A stretch of DNA of 64,000 nucleotides, from NCBI RefSeq assembly GCF_004010195.1, contig NC_057717.1, positions 104,002,282-104,066,281 on the forward strand, given 5' to 3'. The translations under genes were made by a program, and so were the position numbers. The stretch is from Chiloscyllium plagiosum. Taxonomy: Eukaryota. Numbering within the stretch: position 1 is the first letter of the stretch; every line of letters starts with the position of its first letter. The notes below the pieces were generated by a model. The model saw nothing but the letters and a program-made list of their open reading frames with translations. It searched no databases and was not told the DNA's origin. Below, one piece after another: positions 11,891 through 24,987 of this stretch.

Positions 11891-12175
11891 AGCAGAAGGA
11901 TGTTGAAGTTTTGGGGCAAGTGACATACCTAGATCACACTGGAAATGAAATCCAATAGTGTGTGGAGAGCCTTTTTTAATCAGAGAAGCTTAAAGTCACG
12001 GTAGTGTTCCTTTCATTAGAGAGAGACAACTGATGCTGGCTTAACTCAAGGGTGATCCACCTCAGGCAAGGATAGAGGATGAGGAGGCAGAAGCTGTTTG
12101 ATAACTCAGTCAGTGCAGAAATTGAACCTGTACTGTTGGTGTTATGTCAGCCAATTAATCCCCAAATCAGGATTG

Positions 12176-12420
12176 GAATTAGATTAGATTACTTACAGTG
12201 TGGAAACAGGCCCTTCAGCCCAACAAGTCCACACCGACCCGCCAAAGCGCAACCCACCCATTCCCCTACATTTACCCCTTTACCTAACACTACGGGCAAT
12301 TTAGCANNNNNNNNNNNNNNNNNNNNNNNNNNNNNNNNNNNNNNNNNNNNNNNNNNNNNNNNGAATTGAACCCGGGTCTCTGGCGCTGTGAGGCAGCAGT
12401 GCTAACCACTGTGCCACCGT
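12176..12420 (-). mobile_element. HE1-type SINE (spans N-gap)
   Basis: (aatct)n tail and tRNA-like head. Confidence 0.85.
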
Positions 12421-12908
12421 ACTGCTGTAATAGGGTGAGGCAACTGGTGGGGACTGCACCCTGAAGGTCACCACATCTCAGGCACAGGGAAAGGGTGAGA
12501 GCACAGGAGCTTCATTGTAACCTCAACTCATTTGGGAATTCAACCCACACTGGTAGCATTACTAACCAGCTGTCCAACCAACTGAGCTAACCAAACTGGA
12601 GGATAGTTAGCGAGAGTGCCCAAACTGATTGTATGTCTTCGATCGAGTAGATACCTTACGAGAGAAGGGCTGTTGGTGACGAAGGAGATAGATGTAAGGC
12701 AGCTAAAACAAAACCAAATCAGAGGTGGAGGTGAGGCAAGTTTTAACACTGCATCATTACGACCTGGAATACGTTCTTTGGAAAGGACGGTGGAAGCAGG
12801 TTCAAAAATAACTCCCAAATGGAAAGTGAAGAAATAATTAAAAAGGAACGATTTGCAGGGCTGTGCCGGCACCACTCAATGGGCAGAGTGGTCTCCTCTG
12901 AGGTTCAC

Positions 12909-13175
12909 CTCTGAGCAGATTCTCCTGCTCAACCACGACATACTGCATGTAGCAACAGCAAGAAATTAAAACCTCAGGAGTAAGACAATAATTGGCTACG
13001 GGGTTGCACAACTTTACCACAAACTTGCATTTCACCCAGCGCCAGCCAGAATTCTGATTATATTTCATAACTTCAGGAACTGGATAAGCCACTTTCAATC
13101 AAACTGTTCATGTGTTCCCACTGTTGCAGCATCTAACTTGTTAGGACAGGTCTGTTTAAGTGAAGTAACCTCACT
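12909..13175 (-). pseudogene. GREB1-like: GREB1-like block 14 (frameshift near 13096)
   Basis: ANYCLTPEVLISCCCYMQYVVVEQENLL vs LRYCDLRLINSSCLVRTALEQELGL. HEQFD/LKVAYP is joined by a 1-nt frameshift. Donor AG|GTGAAC. Confidence 0.7.
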
Positions 13176-14649
13176 GAAATACATAAAATCCTGATTTAAC
13201 ATTTTTGTATACCCTCGTTGGAGGACTGAGTGGATGCTTTCTCCATTGGCTGGACATTCTAGAATGCGCCAGTGTCTCAGACAGTTGATTGAGACCATCA
13301 GAACAGAGGACATAGCAGCAGTAAAAGACCATTCAGCCCATCGGGTCTGATACCATTCAATGAGATCATGGCTGATCTGCTAACCCTCAACTTCACTTTC
13401 CTGCCCTTTTTCCCCATAACACTTGATTCCCTTCCTGATTAAGTATCTATCTTGAATATACTTAATGACCCAGCCTTAACAGCTCTCTGGGAGAAAGAAT
13501 TCCACAGATTCACTCTCCTCTGAGAATAGAAATTCCTCCTCATCGCTGTTTTAAATGCACAACCTCTTAACCTGCGATGATGCCCTCTGGTCCTTCTCCC
13601 CTTGTCAAGCACCGTTAAGATCTTTGTATGTTGCAAACAGGTCTCCTCTCATCCTTCAAAACTCCAATGAGGACAGGCCCAACCAACTTAGCCATTTCTC
13701 ACCAGCAAATCCCTCCTGACCTGCTCTGGTCAGTCTCCAATGCAGGTGTAGCTTTCCTTAGCTCAGTTGGCTGGACAGCTGGTCTGCAATGCGGAGTGAC
13801 ACCGACAGCAAGGTTTCCATTCCTGTACCATGGGGTTATCAGGAAAGTCCCACCGTGTTGAATTCACCCCTTGCCTGAGATGCAGTGACCCTCAGATTAA
13901 ACCATCCCTAGTTGTCTCTCTCTGATTACTGACTGGGACTGTGGTGACTTTACCTTAGTTAAGGGGCACATAAACTGTTCACAACATTCTAGATATGGTC
14001 CGACGAGAGTTTTGCTTTCTTCTCTGCCTTTATACTCTATGCCCGTTGGAATAAAGGCCTTCGAGAACTGAGATGAGGGGACAAATCTTCACCTTGAGAA
14101 CCGTGAACCTTTGGAATGCTCTGTTACTGAGGGCTCAGTCACTCAGTCATCTCACATTTAAATCTGAGATGGGCCAATATCTGGCTGATAAGGAAATTGA
14201 AGGTAGGGAAGGAGGTTGGGGTAGAGCAAGCCATGATTGAAAGATGAGGCAGACCTGATCGGCTAAATGGCCCAATCCTGCTCCCATTTCTCTGAAAAGT
14301 GGAGAGATTAAATATGCAATCTTAGCGATGACATCTGAGGGGTTTAGGGAGCTTCCCAGATTAGTTTTTATCTAATTGACCCTGCAACCGCCAACCCCCC
14401 CCCCTCTATTTTTCTGTCCTTTTTTTAACCTCTCACATGTACTCAGGGTGGGGGGTGGGGTCAGAACTTTCTAGAAGGATTATGCTTGTCAGGGAAGGCT
14501 GGATGAGGAAGGACTCCTTTCTCCAGGAGGAAGGCGGACTGTCAGAGAGAGACCTTTAAACTCATGGATTGAGATAGAGAAGAAGCCTCCCATTCTGCAC
14601 AAGATCAGAAAAAGATTCCAGAAATATGAGATGGTTGCCAATTATACAG

Positions 14650-14975
14650 TCAATAGCCAGAGACTTTTCTCCAGGGCAGGATTGACTGGTACGAGGGGTC
14701 ACAGTTTTAAGATATTAGGAGAAAGTATAAAGGAGATGTCAGAGGAAGGTTCTTTATGCAGAGAGTTGTGAATGCATGGAATGTGTTGCCAACGGTGGTG
14801 CTGGAAGCAGAGACATTAGGGACATTTAAGCGACTGCTGGACATGCACATGGAGATCAGTGAATTGAGGGGTGCGTAGGTTATGTTATTATATTTTACAT
14901 TAGGATTAATCCTCGGCACAACATCGTGGGCCAAAGGGCCTGTTCTGTGCTGTACTTATCTATGTTCTATGTTCT
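14650..14975 (+). mobile_element. CR1 LINE 3' fragment
   Basis: TRGHSFKILG..FFMQRVVNAWN; tail ctatgttctat. Confidence 0.8.
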
Positions 14976-15357
14976 AAATCCAATTGGGAAGTCAGGAGAA
15001 AGTTCTCTATCCCGTGAGAGGTGAGGAAGTAGGACTCACAGTCATAGATGAAGAGCACTGATACTTTTGAGGAGAAATTAAACAAAGAAATCGTGGAGAC
15101 AATAACATTATTGCAATGTCAACAGATTAGGAATTGTGCAACCCCAGGCTAATGTTCTGGAGGCATGGATTTGATTCGTATCATTACCGGCTGTTAGAGT
15201 CTGAATTCAATAAGAACTCTGGAATAATGGTGATGGAATCACTGTCAATCATCGTTAAAACTCAGCTTTTATTCATGGATGTCCTGAGGAAAGGAAATCT
15301 GCCATCTTTACCTGGTCTGGCCGACTTGAGACCCGGACCCATAGCAATGGGACTCCC

Positions 15358-15642
15358 AGTGCCAGGGACCTGGGTTCAATTCCACCCTCAGGCGACTGTC
15401 TGTGTCTGCGTGGGTTTCCTCCCACAGTCCAACGATGTACAGATTAGGATGGATTGGCCATGGGGAAATTGCCCATAGTGTCCAGTGATATGCAGGCTGG
15501 GTGGGTTAATCATTGGAAATGTAGGTTAACAGGGATGTGGTGGGTCCAGGTGGGATGCTGTTTGGAAGGTCGGTGTGGGCTCGATAGGCTGAATGGCCTG
15601 CTTGCACACTGTGGGGGGTGGGGGGTGGGGGGTAGTTCTATG
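15358..15642 (+). mobile_element. HE1-type SINE (partial)
   Basis: B-box and V-domain remnants. Confidence 0.75.
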
Positions 15643-16042
15643 ATTGTTTGTTTCAATGTGGTTGACTCTTAACCACCCTCTGGGTCACTAAGGATGGGCA
15701 GCATATGTTGATCAAGACAGAGGCACTAACATCCCATGAGTGAATATGAAATCTGCAGTGAGAGAAAAGGGCTAAGCCAATAGATAGTTAAATCAAACGT
15801 GGAAAGCTACATAAAGTCCATCCTGACATCAGTCAACAACAATCTTCACTGAGGATAAACGACACAGAAGGCAAATGTTCTGATATCATCATAACATGGC
15901 TCCTTTCACACATGCTCAGTAGCTGCTAGTGGAGTAAAGGTGTAATTAACCCTTTCCAGTGCAGGTGGAGGTGGAACCTAAGCATCGACACAGTCTAACT
16001 GGGCTGAATGGCCTGTATTTGTGCCGAATTTTCGAGGTGGTC

Positions 16043-16146
16043 ACAATGCCAGCCGGCCTCTTCCTGCCCTCTTTGTAAACAGTGACAGCTGCTGTAATGG
16101 TTGCCCAACTAATTGAGTAACGAAAATGTAGTCAGCTGTCTGGTTC
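16043..16146 (-). pseudogene. GREB1-like: GREB1-like locus candidate exon (NQTADYIFVTQLVGQPLQQLSLF)
   Basis: Strong tgtgtttcag acceptor, phase-compatible with the 17843 donor (TPR|NQT). Position in the GREB1 alignment is uncertain and the 3' boundary is unclear. Confidence 0.5.
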
Positions 16147-16559
16147 CTGAAACACATGAAAATTATGCGGAGATCAGTACAGATATAGGAACCATTAAAT
16201 GCATGAAGTAAAATCAGCTGGTTTCTCCAACACCTGCCTGATCTGCCTCCCACTCCACAGCTAACCAATTGTACGTCTAACCTGATGTTCCCTCACCCAC
16301 TCCCCTCTGAGGGAGTGCTACACTGTCAGGGGTGCCATCTTTCAGATGAGTCATTAAACTCAATTGATTTCAAAGGCAAACAGGATACAATTGTTCCTGA
16401 AATTTGTTAAAACTATTGTCACTATGTTAAACATTGCTTTTACTTTCATCCATTGATCTTGGGTTAAGGGATACTGGACTATGCGGGGTTTTCTCGGGGA
16501 GGGCTACGTGGTTGACGGTACCACTCTCTCAGTAAGATGTTTGTGTTTTGGTTGATCGT

Positions 16560-17270
16560 CATAACGTCACACAGCACGAAAACAGACCTTTCAGTCCAAC
16601 CCACTCCATGGTGACCATGTTCACAAACCAAACTAGTCCCACCTGCCTGCTCCAGGCCCATATCCCTCCAAACCCTTCCTATTCATCTACTTATCCAAAT
16701 GTTGTAACTGTACTCACATCCACCACTTCCCCTGGAAGTTCATTCCACACACGAACCGCTCTCTGAGCAAACGTTTGCCCCTCATGTCTTTATAAACCTC
16801 TCACCTTTAAAATGTGCTCCCTAGTCTTGAAATCCCCAACCCTCCGGTAAAGACATCTGCCTTTCACCTTATCCATGCCCCTCATGATTTTATAAACCTC
16901 TATCAGAGCATTCCTTAACCTCCTCCACGCCTGTGAAAAAAGTCCCAGCCTATCCAGCCTCTCCTTATAACTCAGGCCCCCTGTTCTCAGCAACATCCTG
17001 GTAAATCTTTACTGAGCCCTCTCCAGTTTAATAGTATTCTTCCTATACCCAGGTAACGTCCTGTATAACCTCCACATAACGTCCCAACTCCTATTCTGAA
17101 AAGTCTGACTAATGAAGGCATGCTAAATGCTTTCTTCACCACCCTGTCGACAGATGTTGTAAATTTCAAAGAATTATGCACCTGAATGCCTAGCTCTCTC
17201 TGTTCTACACCACCACCCAAGGCCCTACTTTTAATTTGTAAGTCCTGCCCTTATTTGTTTTAACAAAATG
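16560..17270 (-). mobile_element. CR1 LINE 3' fragment
   Basis: LSYKERLDRLGLFS..IEVYKIMRG. Confidence 0.85.
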
Positions 17271-17842
17271 CTAAAGATCACATCCCACTCTTTCTGACGA
17301 TACACAGGAAATTCTCTTAGTTTCCTGACTGAAACCTACCACCAAAAACAGATTGATTGCTCATTTATACCACTGATCTTTGTGGGATCTTGCCATGCCA
17401 CAAATTGACTGCAAGATTGACTACACTTCAGCAACTCTTCGTATTCTGTGGTGCACTTTGGAGAAAACCTGAGGATGTGATAATATTGACTCTATGCTTC
17501 AAGACTCTACTCCCTCACCCCCTCAACGGGTTTACTCTCAGTACAGCTGACCTATACTCTGCTATTAACACCCGCTCTGGAGCTGTTTCCACTCCATTTG
17601 CCTTTAGTTTGGTGATACTTGTGATCTCTAGTCTCCCTTGTCCTCAAACCCGCTCCTAACCTTCTCGTCAGTTCCACTGGCTCTACCCCACCATTTTCAT
17701 CAGTGTAAAGCACTCCACCTTCCCACCTTCTTCTATTCCAAAGAAGATACGTACTGAACTCTGTTCTTCTCTCCCCACACACTGCCAGACCTGCTGAGTT
17801 TCTCCAGCATTCTCTGTTTGTGATGAAGGAAAAGGGACTTGC

Positions 17843-18462
17843 CGTGGTGTTTGGAATGTATACGTCTTGACTTGAACAACAGCAGGGCCAGTAAGATGAA
17901 CTATCACTCAGGCAATGATTGTTACTCTGTTAGTTCCTGACTTATCCAGGTGGTGTTTCCAACTTATGTTCCTCAGGCAGGAGTTGCGTGCTTCCTGTGA
18001 AACAGTCTGAGCATTTCAATTAAACAGAACTGCGATTTGCAATGAATCATTTCGACGACAGCACTGGATAGCCCAGTGATGATTCACCTTCTGAATTCTG
18101 AGGTACCCCTTGCAGTCTCATCAGAAACCAGTGATAAAACCAAATTAGATTTGGTCCCCAACTTGACAGAAGCAATTTTCACTTTGGAAAAACAGTTCGC
18201 TTTGTGAGCACGATTGCCAACTGCTTCAGTGCCTCTTCAATGAGTCAGATACAATCAATGGAACATCTTCTGGTAATTTCCCAAACATTACTTTTCAGTT
18301 AAAGTGGAACTGCAATCACGCAGATACTTTGTTGAGTAGAATTGAGTAGGTTTTCCACAGCAAAGGTTGAGCAAGTTTCCCATATTAACGCAAATCTCTC
18401 CCCAAGATGGTGAAAAACCACGTCTCCACCTCTGCTCAGGCCTTGATCTGACCAAATGCAAC
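17843..18462 (-). pseudogene. GREB1-like: GREB1-like block 13
   Basis: ETCSTFAVENLLNSTQQSICVIAVP vs ETLEITQNLLNSPKQ..MVLLRVP. After stops, ALKQLAIVLTK..KLLLSS..HWFLMRL vs AYERLAHVRAR..EIILGS..KHFVKQL. Ends at a CG|GCAAGT GC-type donor. Confidence 0.7.
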
Positions 18463-18514
18463 CTGATCCCGAAATAACATTAGCCCAATGCAAAGGGAAA
18501 AGATCATCATAGCT

Positions 18515-18818
18515 GCCCTACAGTGTCACACAAGTCCACACTGACCCTCTGAAGAGCAGACTCCCCNNNNNNNNNNNNNNNNNNNNNNCCCTGGCTAACC
18601 CACACAGTGTGCGCATCCCTGGACACTATGGGCCATTTCCCATGGCCAATCCAACTAACCTGCACATCTTTGCACTGTGGGAGGAAACCAGATCCCCTGA
18701 ATTAAACCCACGCAGACACGGGGAGAACATGCAAACCCCACACAGACAGTCACCCAAGGCTGGAATTGAACCCGGGTCTCTGGTGCTGTGAGGGAGCAGT
18801 GCTAACCACTGAGCCACG
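18515..18818 (-). mobile_element. HE1-type SINE
   Basis: Head and V-domain on the minus strand. Confidence 0.85.
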
Positions 18819-19924
18819 CTGAGTGGAGCCCCTACTGGCTTGTACACACATTTATAAGGAGCACGTAGGAATCATCATTATCCACCTCCCATCAGCTTCC
18901 AGGAAGAGTGATCCTGGATTGAAATGTTAACTCTCTTTTTCTCTCTCACACAGATGCTGCCAGACCTGTTGAGTTCCTCCAGCATTCTCAGTGTTTGTTT
19001 CAGATTTCCAGCATCCGCGGTATTTTACTTTCATTTGTTACGAGGAATGCATCTGCATTCACACGAGGGGAGTGTTTCTACTTACACTCAGTGAAGCTCT
19101 TTAAAAAGTAAGCAATGTTAGAAATGTTGAGGGGACTGGAGGAGGTGACAGATGGGGAGGGAGAGAGAGGGTTGGGGCTGTAGAACGAATGGATAATCTC
19201 GCTGTGAATTATAAAATGGAGCAGTTACCAGACCAGGAGTCAATGTAGGTCAGTGGGCACGAGGGAATCAATCTGATTTCCACCACGTGTTTCCCAATCT
19301 ACCAGGTGGGGCTCACCTATCAGCACTGAGACAGAGTTGTGGGTTCACATCCCACTTTAGAGACTTGAGCACAAGCTGTGTCATATCACTGGGATTTTGC
19401 ACGGTCAGAGGGCCCAGAGGAGATGTTAATGCAAACTTGGATTTGACCTGTAGGGCATGAGTAAGAGATTGCATGGCATTGATTTGAGAAAGAGGTGGGG
19501 ATTTATCAATGTACAATAAAGCAAAGAACTGCAGATGCTGGAGATCTGATTTATCACTCAAACAGATGATCTGCTCATTATCACAGTCTGGCCTGAGAGA
19601 GCTTTATTTCTTCTGTTTGCTCATGGGCTAATGGCATTACTGGCCAGACCAGTGTCTGTATCTCACCTCTAACTGCCTTTGAACTGAATGACTTACTCAG
19701 CCATTTCAGAGGGTGATTAAGAGTCAGCCACATTGCTCTGGGTCTGGAGTCACGTGTAGACCAGAACAGGTAAGGATGGCAGTTTCCTTCACTAAACGCC
19801 ATTAGTGATCCAGGTTTCAGGACAATCAATGATCCCATTACTGAGGTGAGTTTTCAATTTTAGACCTTTATTCATTGAGATTGCACCAACTACTGCATCT
19901 TAACCAGAGTTTGTAACAATTTCA

Positions 19925-20420
19925 AGGATGTCATAGCACTAGAGTTTGTACTGAGGAGATTCACCAGGGTGCTGCCTGGGATGGAGACAATGAGCTATAA
20001 AGAGGGACTAGAGAGGCTTGGATTGTTTTCACTAGAGCAGAGAAGACTGAGAAGGGACATGATTGAGGGGTATAAGATTATGAGGGGCATGGACAGGGTG
20101 GATAGAGAGCAGTTCTTCCCCATGGTTGAGGGGTCAATCGCAAGGGAGCATACTTTTAGGGTAAGGGGCATAAAATTCTGAGGGGATTTGGGAAAAATCT
20201 TTTTCACTCAGTGAGTGGTGGGAATCTGGAATGCATTGCCTGGGAAGGTAACGGAGGCTGGAAACCTTACAATCCTTAAAGAAACATTTGGATGAGCACT
20301 TCAAATATCATAACATTAGGAAATATGGGACAAGTGCAGGAAATTGGGAGAAGCGCAATTGTGGTGGTAGTTATGTTGGCGCAGACTCGATGGGCCGAAG
20401 GGCCTTTTCTGCACTGTATG
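19925..20420 (+). mobile_element. CR1 LINE 3' fragment
   Basis: ERLGLFSLEQRRLRRDMIEGYKIMRG. Confidence 0.85.
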
Positions 20421-21154
20421 AATCTAGGAACCTATTTCTGGATTACTAGTGCAGCAACATTACTGCTACACCACTGTCTCCCACTGTGGCAACTTGCTGT
20501 GTGCAAATTGGCTAATGTGATATAGATTAGATTAGATTAGATTACTTACAGTGAGGAAACAGGCCCTTCGGCCCAACAAGTCCACACCGACCCACTGAAG
20601 CGCAACCCACCCAGACCCATTCCCCTACATTTACCCCTTCACCTAACACCATGGGCAATTTAGCATGGCCAATTCACCTAATGATAACAGTGATTACATG
20701 TCCAAAATATTTCAGTACTTTCAAACATCCTGCTGTCGTGGTACACACTTAAACAATTGCCACTCTTTCTCAGTGCAGCCCTGTCCTAGAAACACCTTGT
20801 AAGCACTGGCCAGATCAAATTGTGGTTATATTCTGAGCTAAAGCCTATTGAATTAATTTTCTCTCCCCAGAGTTATCAAGTCTGACAATTTATCTGAGCT
20901 AACTAAATTAAAATTATCGACAATTATTAACAATCCAAAGACTTGATATTAAAACTGGAATTGATTTAGATCTTCAGTTTCATCTAATTCATTCACTTAA
21001 TCAGTTAATTTACAGTTAGCACTAAGTTTATACTAAATTGGAAACTCACCAGCACTTTTCTGATAAAGCAATGGAGCACATAAATCATTAGAAATGCAAA
21101 AAAAAATTTTAGTTTACTGCTGAGTCTAAGGATTAGCCAAGTTAGGTTTAAAGT

Positions 21155-21430
21155 TGGGTTCTGGATCAGTGGTGCTGGAAGAGCACAGCAGTTCAGGCAG
21201 CATCCGAGGAGCTTCGAAGTCGACGTTTCGGGCAAAAGCCCTTCATCAGGAATAAAGGCAGGGAAATGAGGAAACTGTTGGAATCCACATTGGTGCCCTG
21301 GGGTTGAAGTGTTCCGAGGCGGAAGATGAGGCGTTCTTCCTCCAGGCGTCTGGTGGTGAGGGAGCGGCGGTGGAGGAGGCCCAGCACCTCCATGTCCTCG
21401 GCAGAGTGGGAGGGGGAGTTGAAAGTTGGG
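21155..21430 (-). mobile_element. Penelope-like element 3' end
   Basis: RRLEEERLIFRLGTLQPQGTNVD (GIY-YIG C-terminus) followed by a hammerhead-like core. Confidence 0.8.
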
Positions 21431-22149
21431 CTTTATCATTGTGATTTCTTGAGAGTCTCTGCTTGTCATTTGTCAGTGGCTGGATCTTCAACTCTTTGGT
21501 CCCAATGCTGAGCTCTTCCCTCAATGAAAGCCTCTCCCTCTTTGGTCAAGTTTGCTTTGCTGACATGAGCTGCAAACACTTTAGGATGTTATGCAATGCT
21601 AAAGGGGCTACCTAAGTCCAAATTGTTGTTGTTTCCTCAAACAACTGACCATCCACTGGTTTTCAAGTAAGATGTGTTTTAACTGGAGTTAGTCCAAACT
21701 ATGCAATTAATTGTTGTCAACAAGGTGAATCTCCATGGCTGTACATTTGGATGGAAATGAATTGATGGATTTCAGGATTAATATTCCCCATTTTACCAAA
21801 CTCCTTTTATAAAGATTATTTCACAGGATGGAGGTGCTCCTGGCGAGGTCAGCATTGATCGCCCATCCCTAATTTCATTGGAGCCCCTGTCCCTTAAAGG
21901 CTGGTTTACTTTACGTCACCATATCCTCCTTAGTGTGCCCTTAGAGCTCTCTGTACAACAGGAGAAAGGAAAAGAACAAGGACTGTCATTATCTTGCGCC
22001 TTTCGGGATCCCCAGGTATCTTCCCAAGTACTTTCTAGCAGTCATTATTACGCTGCGTTGTCATTTCATACACAGCAAGATTTCAGAAACAATAACACGA
22101 AGCTGATCAGATAATTTGTTTTGGTAGCCAAGGGACTCGTATTGGCCAG

Positions 22150-22426
22150 TGTTGTATAAAAGGTAACGACTCTGAAAGAGTAATTTTTGAAGTTACATCA
22201 GCTCCATCCAACCTAATGACATTACACAGTCGTTGGGAAGAGAGACAGTGAGTCGAACATGAGCTGCTGATGGGGATAGGTGTGACATACCGGGCTCCTA
22301 AGAGGCGTACTTATACCTAACGATATAATATTGACTGTCCCTTTTGATATCATTCAATAAACTACACCTTGTTATGTGAGACAAACTCCTTGTTAAGATG
22401 CTCTCAAATGCTATCCTGTACCAACA
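22150..22426 (+). mobile_element. Short solo-LTR-like element
   Basis: TGTTG...CAACA termini and internal AATAAA. A second partial copy lies at ~22916-23017. Confidence 0.6.
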
Positions 22427-22454
22427 TCACTGTCAGCAATGACCCCATTCATAC

Positions 22455-23640
22455 AGTCATAAAATCAGAGTCATCCAGCATGGAAACAGACCCTTCAGCC
22501 CAACCAGTCTGTGCCGACCATAATCCCAAACTAAACTAATTCCCACCTGCCTGCACCTGGCCCATATCCCTCCAAACCTTTCTTATTTATGTACTTGTCC
22601 CAAATATCTTTTAAACTTTCCAACTGCACCCTCATTCACTACTTACTCTAGAAGTTCACTCCACACACGAACCACTCTCTGTGTAAAATATTTACCCCTC
22701 ATCTCTTTTTAAAACCTTTCTCCTCTCACCTTAAAAATATGTCCCTCGCCTTAAACTCCACCATCCTAAAGGAAAGGCACCTGCCATTCACCTTATCTAT
22801 GCCCCCCCATGATTTAATGAACCTCCATAAGGTCTCCCCTAAACCTCCGATGCTCCAGTGAAGACGTCCCAGCCTATCCAGCCTCTCCTTATAACTCAAA
22901 CTCTCCATCCCCAGCAGCTCCCAAGAGTCTTATTTACACCTAACTATATAATATTAACTGTAATTTTGATATCATTCAATAAACTACACTAGCTCTTAAA
23001 TGCTATCCTGTACCAACGTCTATCTCTTTGGAAGCCTCTCCAGCTTTAATAATATCCTTCCTGTAACAGGGCGACCAGATGGGGGCACAGTACTCCAGAG
23101 GAGGCCTCACCAAAACCCTGGACAATCTCAACATGACCTTCCAACTCCTACACTCAAAGGTAGTACAGGAGGATAGGAAGTGGCTAAGTGTGGCAAGTGT
23201 GCTAAATACCTTCTTAACCACCCTGTCTAAAAGTGACATAAATTTTAACGAATTACTCCCCAAACCCTTAGGCCTCTGTTCTGCAACACTACCCAAAGCC
23301 CTACTTTTAACTGTGCAAAAACAAGGACTGCAGATGCTGGAAACCAGAGTCTGGATTAGAGTGGTGCTGGAAAAGCACAGCGTTCAGGCAGCATCCGAAG
23401 AGGAGGAAAATCGACGTTTCAGGCAAAAGCCCTTCATCAGGAATACAGGCAGAGGCAGAGAGCTGTTAACTGTATAAGTTCTGCCCTTGTTTGTTTTATC
23501 AAACTGCAATAATCCAAATTAAACTCCATCAGCCACTCCTCAGCCTCTTGATCCAATTGATTAAGATCTCTTTGTACTCTTAGATAACCTTCTTCCCTGT
23601 CCACTATACCATTATCTATATGACTCTATAATTCATCGGA
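22455..23640 (-). mobile_element. CR1 LINE fragment with nested LTR-like and Penelope pieces
   Basis: LVRPPLEYCAPIWSPCYRKD; Penelope piece at ~23320-23450. Confidence 0.8.
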
Positions 23641-23918
23641 CAGTCACAAGGATGTAAAGCAGACAGCGCACTGTAAATAAAATCAGTTGCTACATTTGTT
23701 CACCGAGTGGAGGGAATTCAGAGAGCTCGATATTCTCAGACCACATGCTGTGATTCTGTGATAACTTCATGGGCATCAAAGTGCACTCACATACAGACTG
23801 TATAAAATAACACAGCAAGCGTCCCCCAAAACACTAACCTTTCCTTTCTGTTACTGCCTGTTTGTTCATGTTTCCTCCAATGTTAGATTCCTCATCTCTT
23901 GTAGATATCATCACTCAC

Positions 23919-24120
23919 TCAGACTGAACTCTAGCTAGCTCTCTTAGAACACATCTGCTCCTAAAGAAGTGAAACAGCAGCAGAGGCTGCGGATCTCCCC
24001 TCGAGACTAAAGTTATTGGCTCAGAGTGAAAGATATTATTATTTACTGAAGATATTCTAAAGTCATCTCTGTCTCCCCAGGTGACCATAGCTGGTACCTT
24101 GTGGTATTTGCCACCTCGAA
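23919..24120 (-). pseudogene. GREB1-like: GREB1-like block 12
   Basis: Acceptor cctcttacag and donor GTGAGT. IRGGKYHKVPAMVTWG..IFHSEPI..LLLFHF vs LRYDSSFEAMVTALG..RLHSAVI..VLVQHY. Confidence 0.75.
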
Positions 24121-24569
24121 CTGTAAGAGGCACTGGGTAAGGGTTGTTTCAGGTGCCATCATAGAATCAGAGAATTCCTACGGTGCAGAAAGAGGCCATT
24201 CGGCCTGTCAAGTCTGCACCGACCCTCTGAAGAGCGTCTCATCCAGAGCCCTAACTGAACCCACAGGCCCACATTTCCCATGGCGAGCCCACCTAGCTTG
24301 CCAAGCTCTATGGACAAATTAGCATGGCCAATCCTATTAACCTGCACATCTTTGGACCAAATAAACACTGTGGAAGGAGAAAGCTTATTTCTCTGACTAG
24401 GTGCAGGTGAGAAATATTCGCCACCGCGTGACCGTGTACAACTGAGGGGAGAACATGAAACTGGCGCAGACCGCGTTACTGTCACCGGCAACTTCCTCAC
24501 CGTGAGGTGGACTGCCTTCAGGAGGTGTTTCAGATAAGGGCTTCAGGGAACAGGCCAGACCAGAGTCCA

Positions 24570-24987
24570 ACTGTTGAGTACGAGAGTTGGGATTTCATGT
24601 TGCGGCTGTACAGGACATTGGTTAGGCCACTGTTGGAATATTGTGCGCAATTCTGGTCTCCTTCCTATCAGAAAGATGTTGTGAAACTTGAAAGGGTTCA
24701 GAAAAGATTTACAAGGATGTTGCCAGGATTGGAGGATCTGAGCTACAGGGAGANNNNNNNNNNNNNNNNNNNNNNNNNNNNNNNNNNNNNNNNGTGGTGG
24801 AGGCTGGTACAATTGCAACATTTAAGAGGCATTTGGATGGGTATATGAATAGGAAGGGTTTGGAGGGATATGGGCCGGGTGCTGGCAGGTGGGACTAGAT
24901 TGGGTTGGGATATCTGGTCGGCATGGACGGGTTGGACCGAAGGGTCTGTTTTCATGCTGTACATCTCTATGACTCTATGACTCTATG
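24570..24987 (+). mobile_element. Young CR1/HER1 LINE 3' fragment (gap)
   Basis: LYRTLVRPLLEYCAQFWSPSY; (ctatgact)n tail. Confidence 0.9.
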
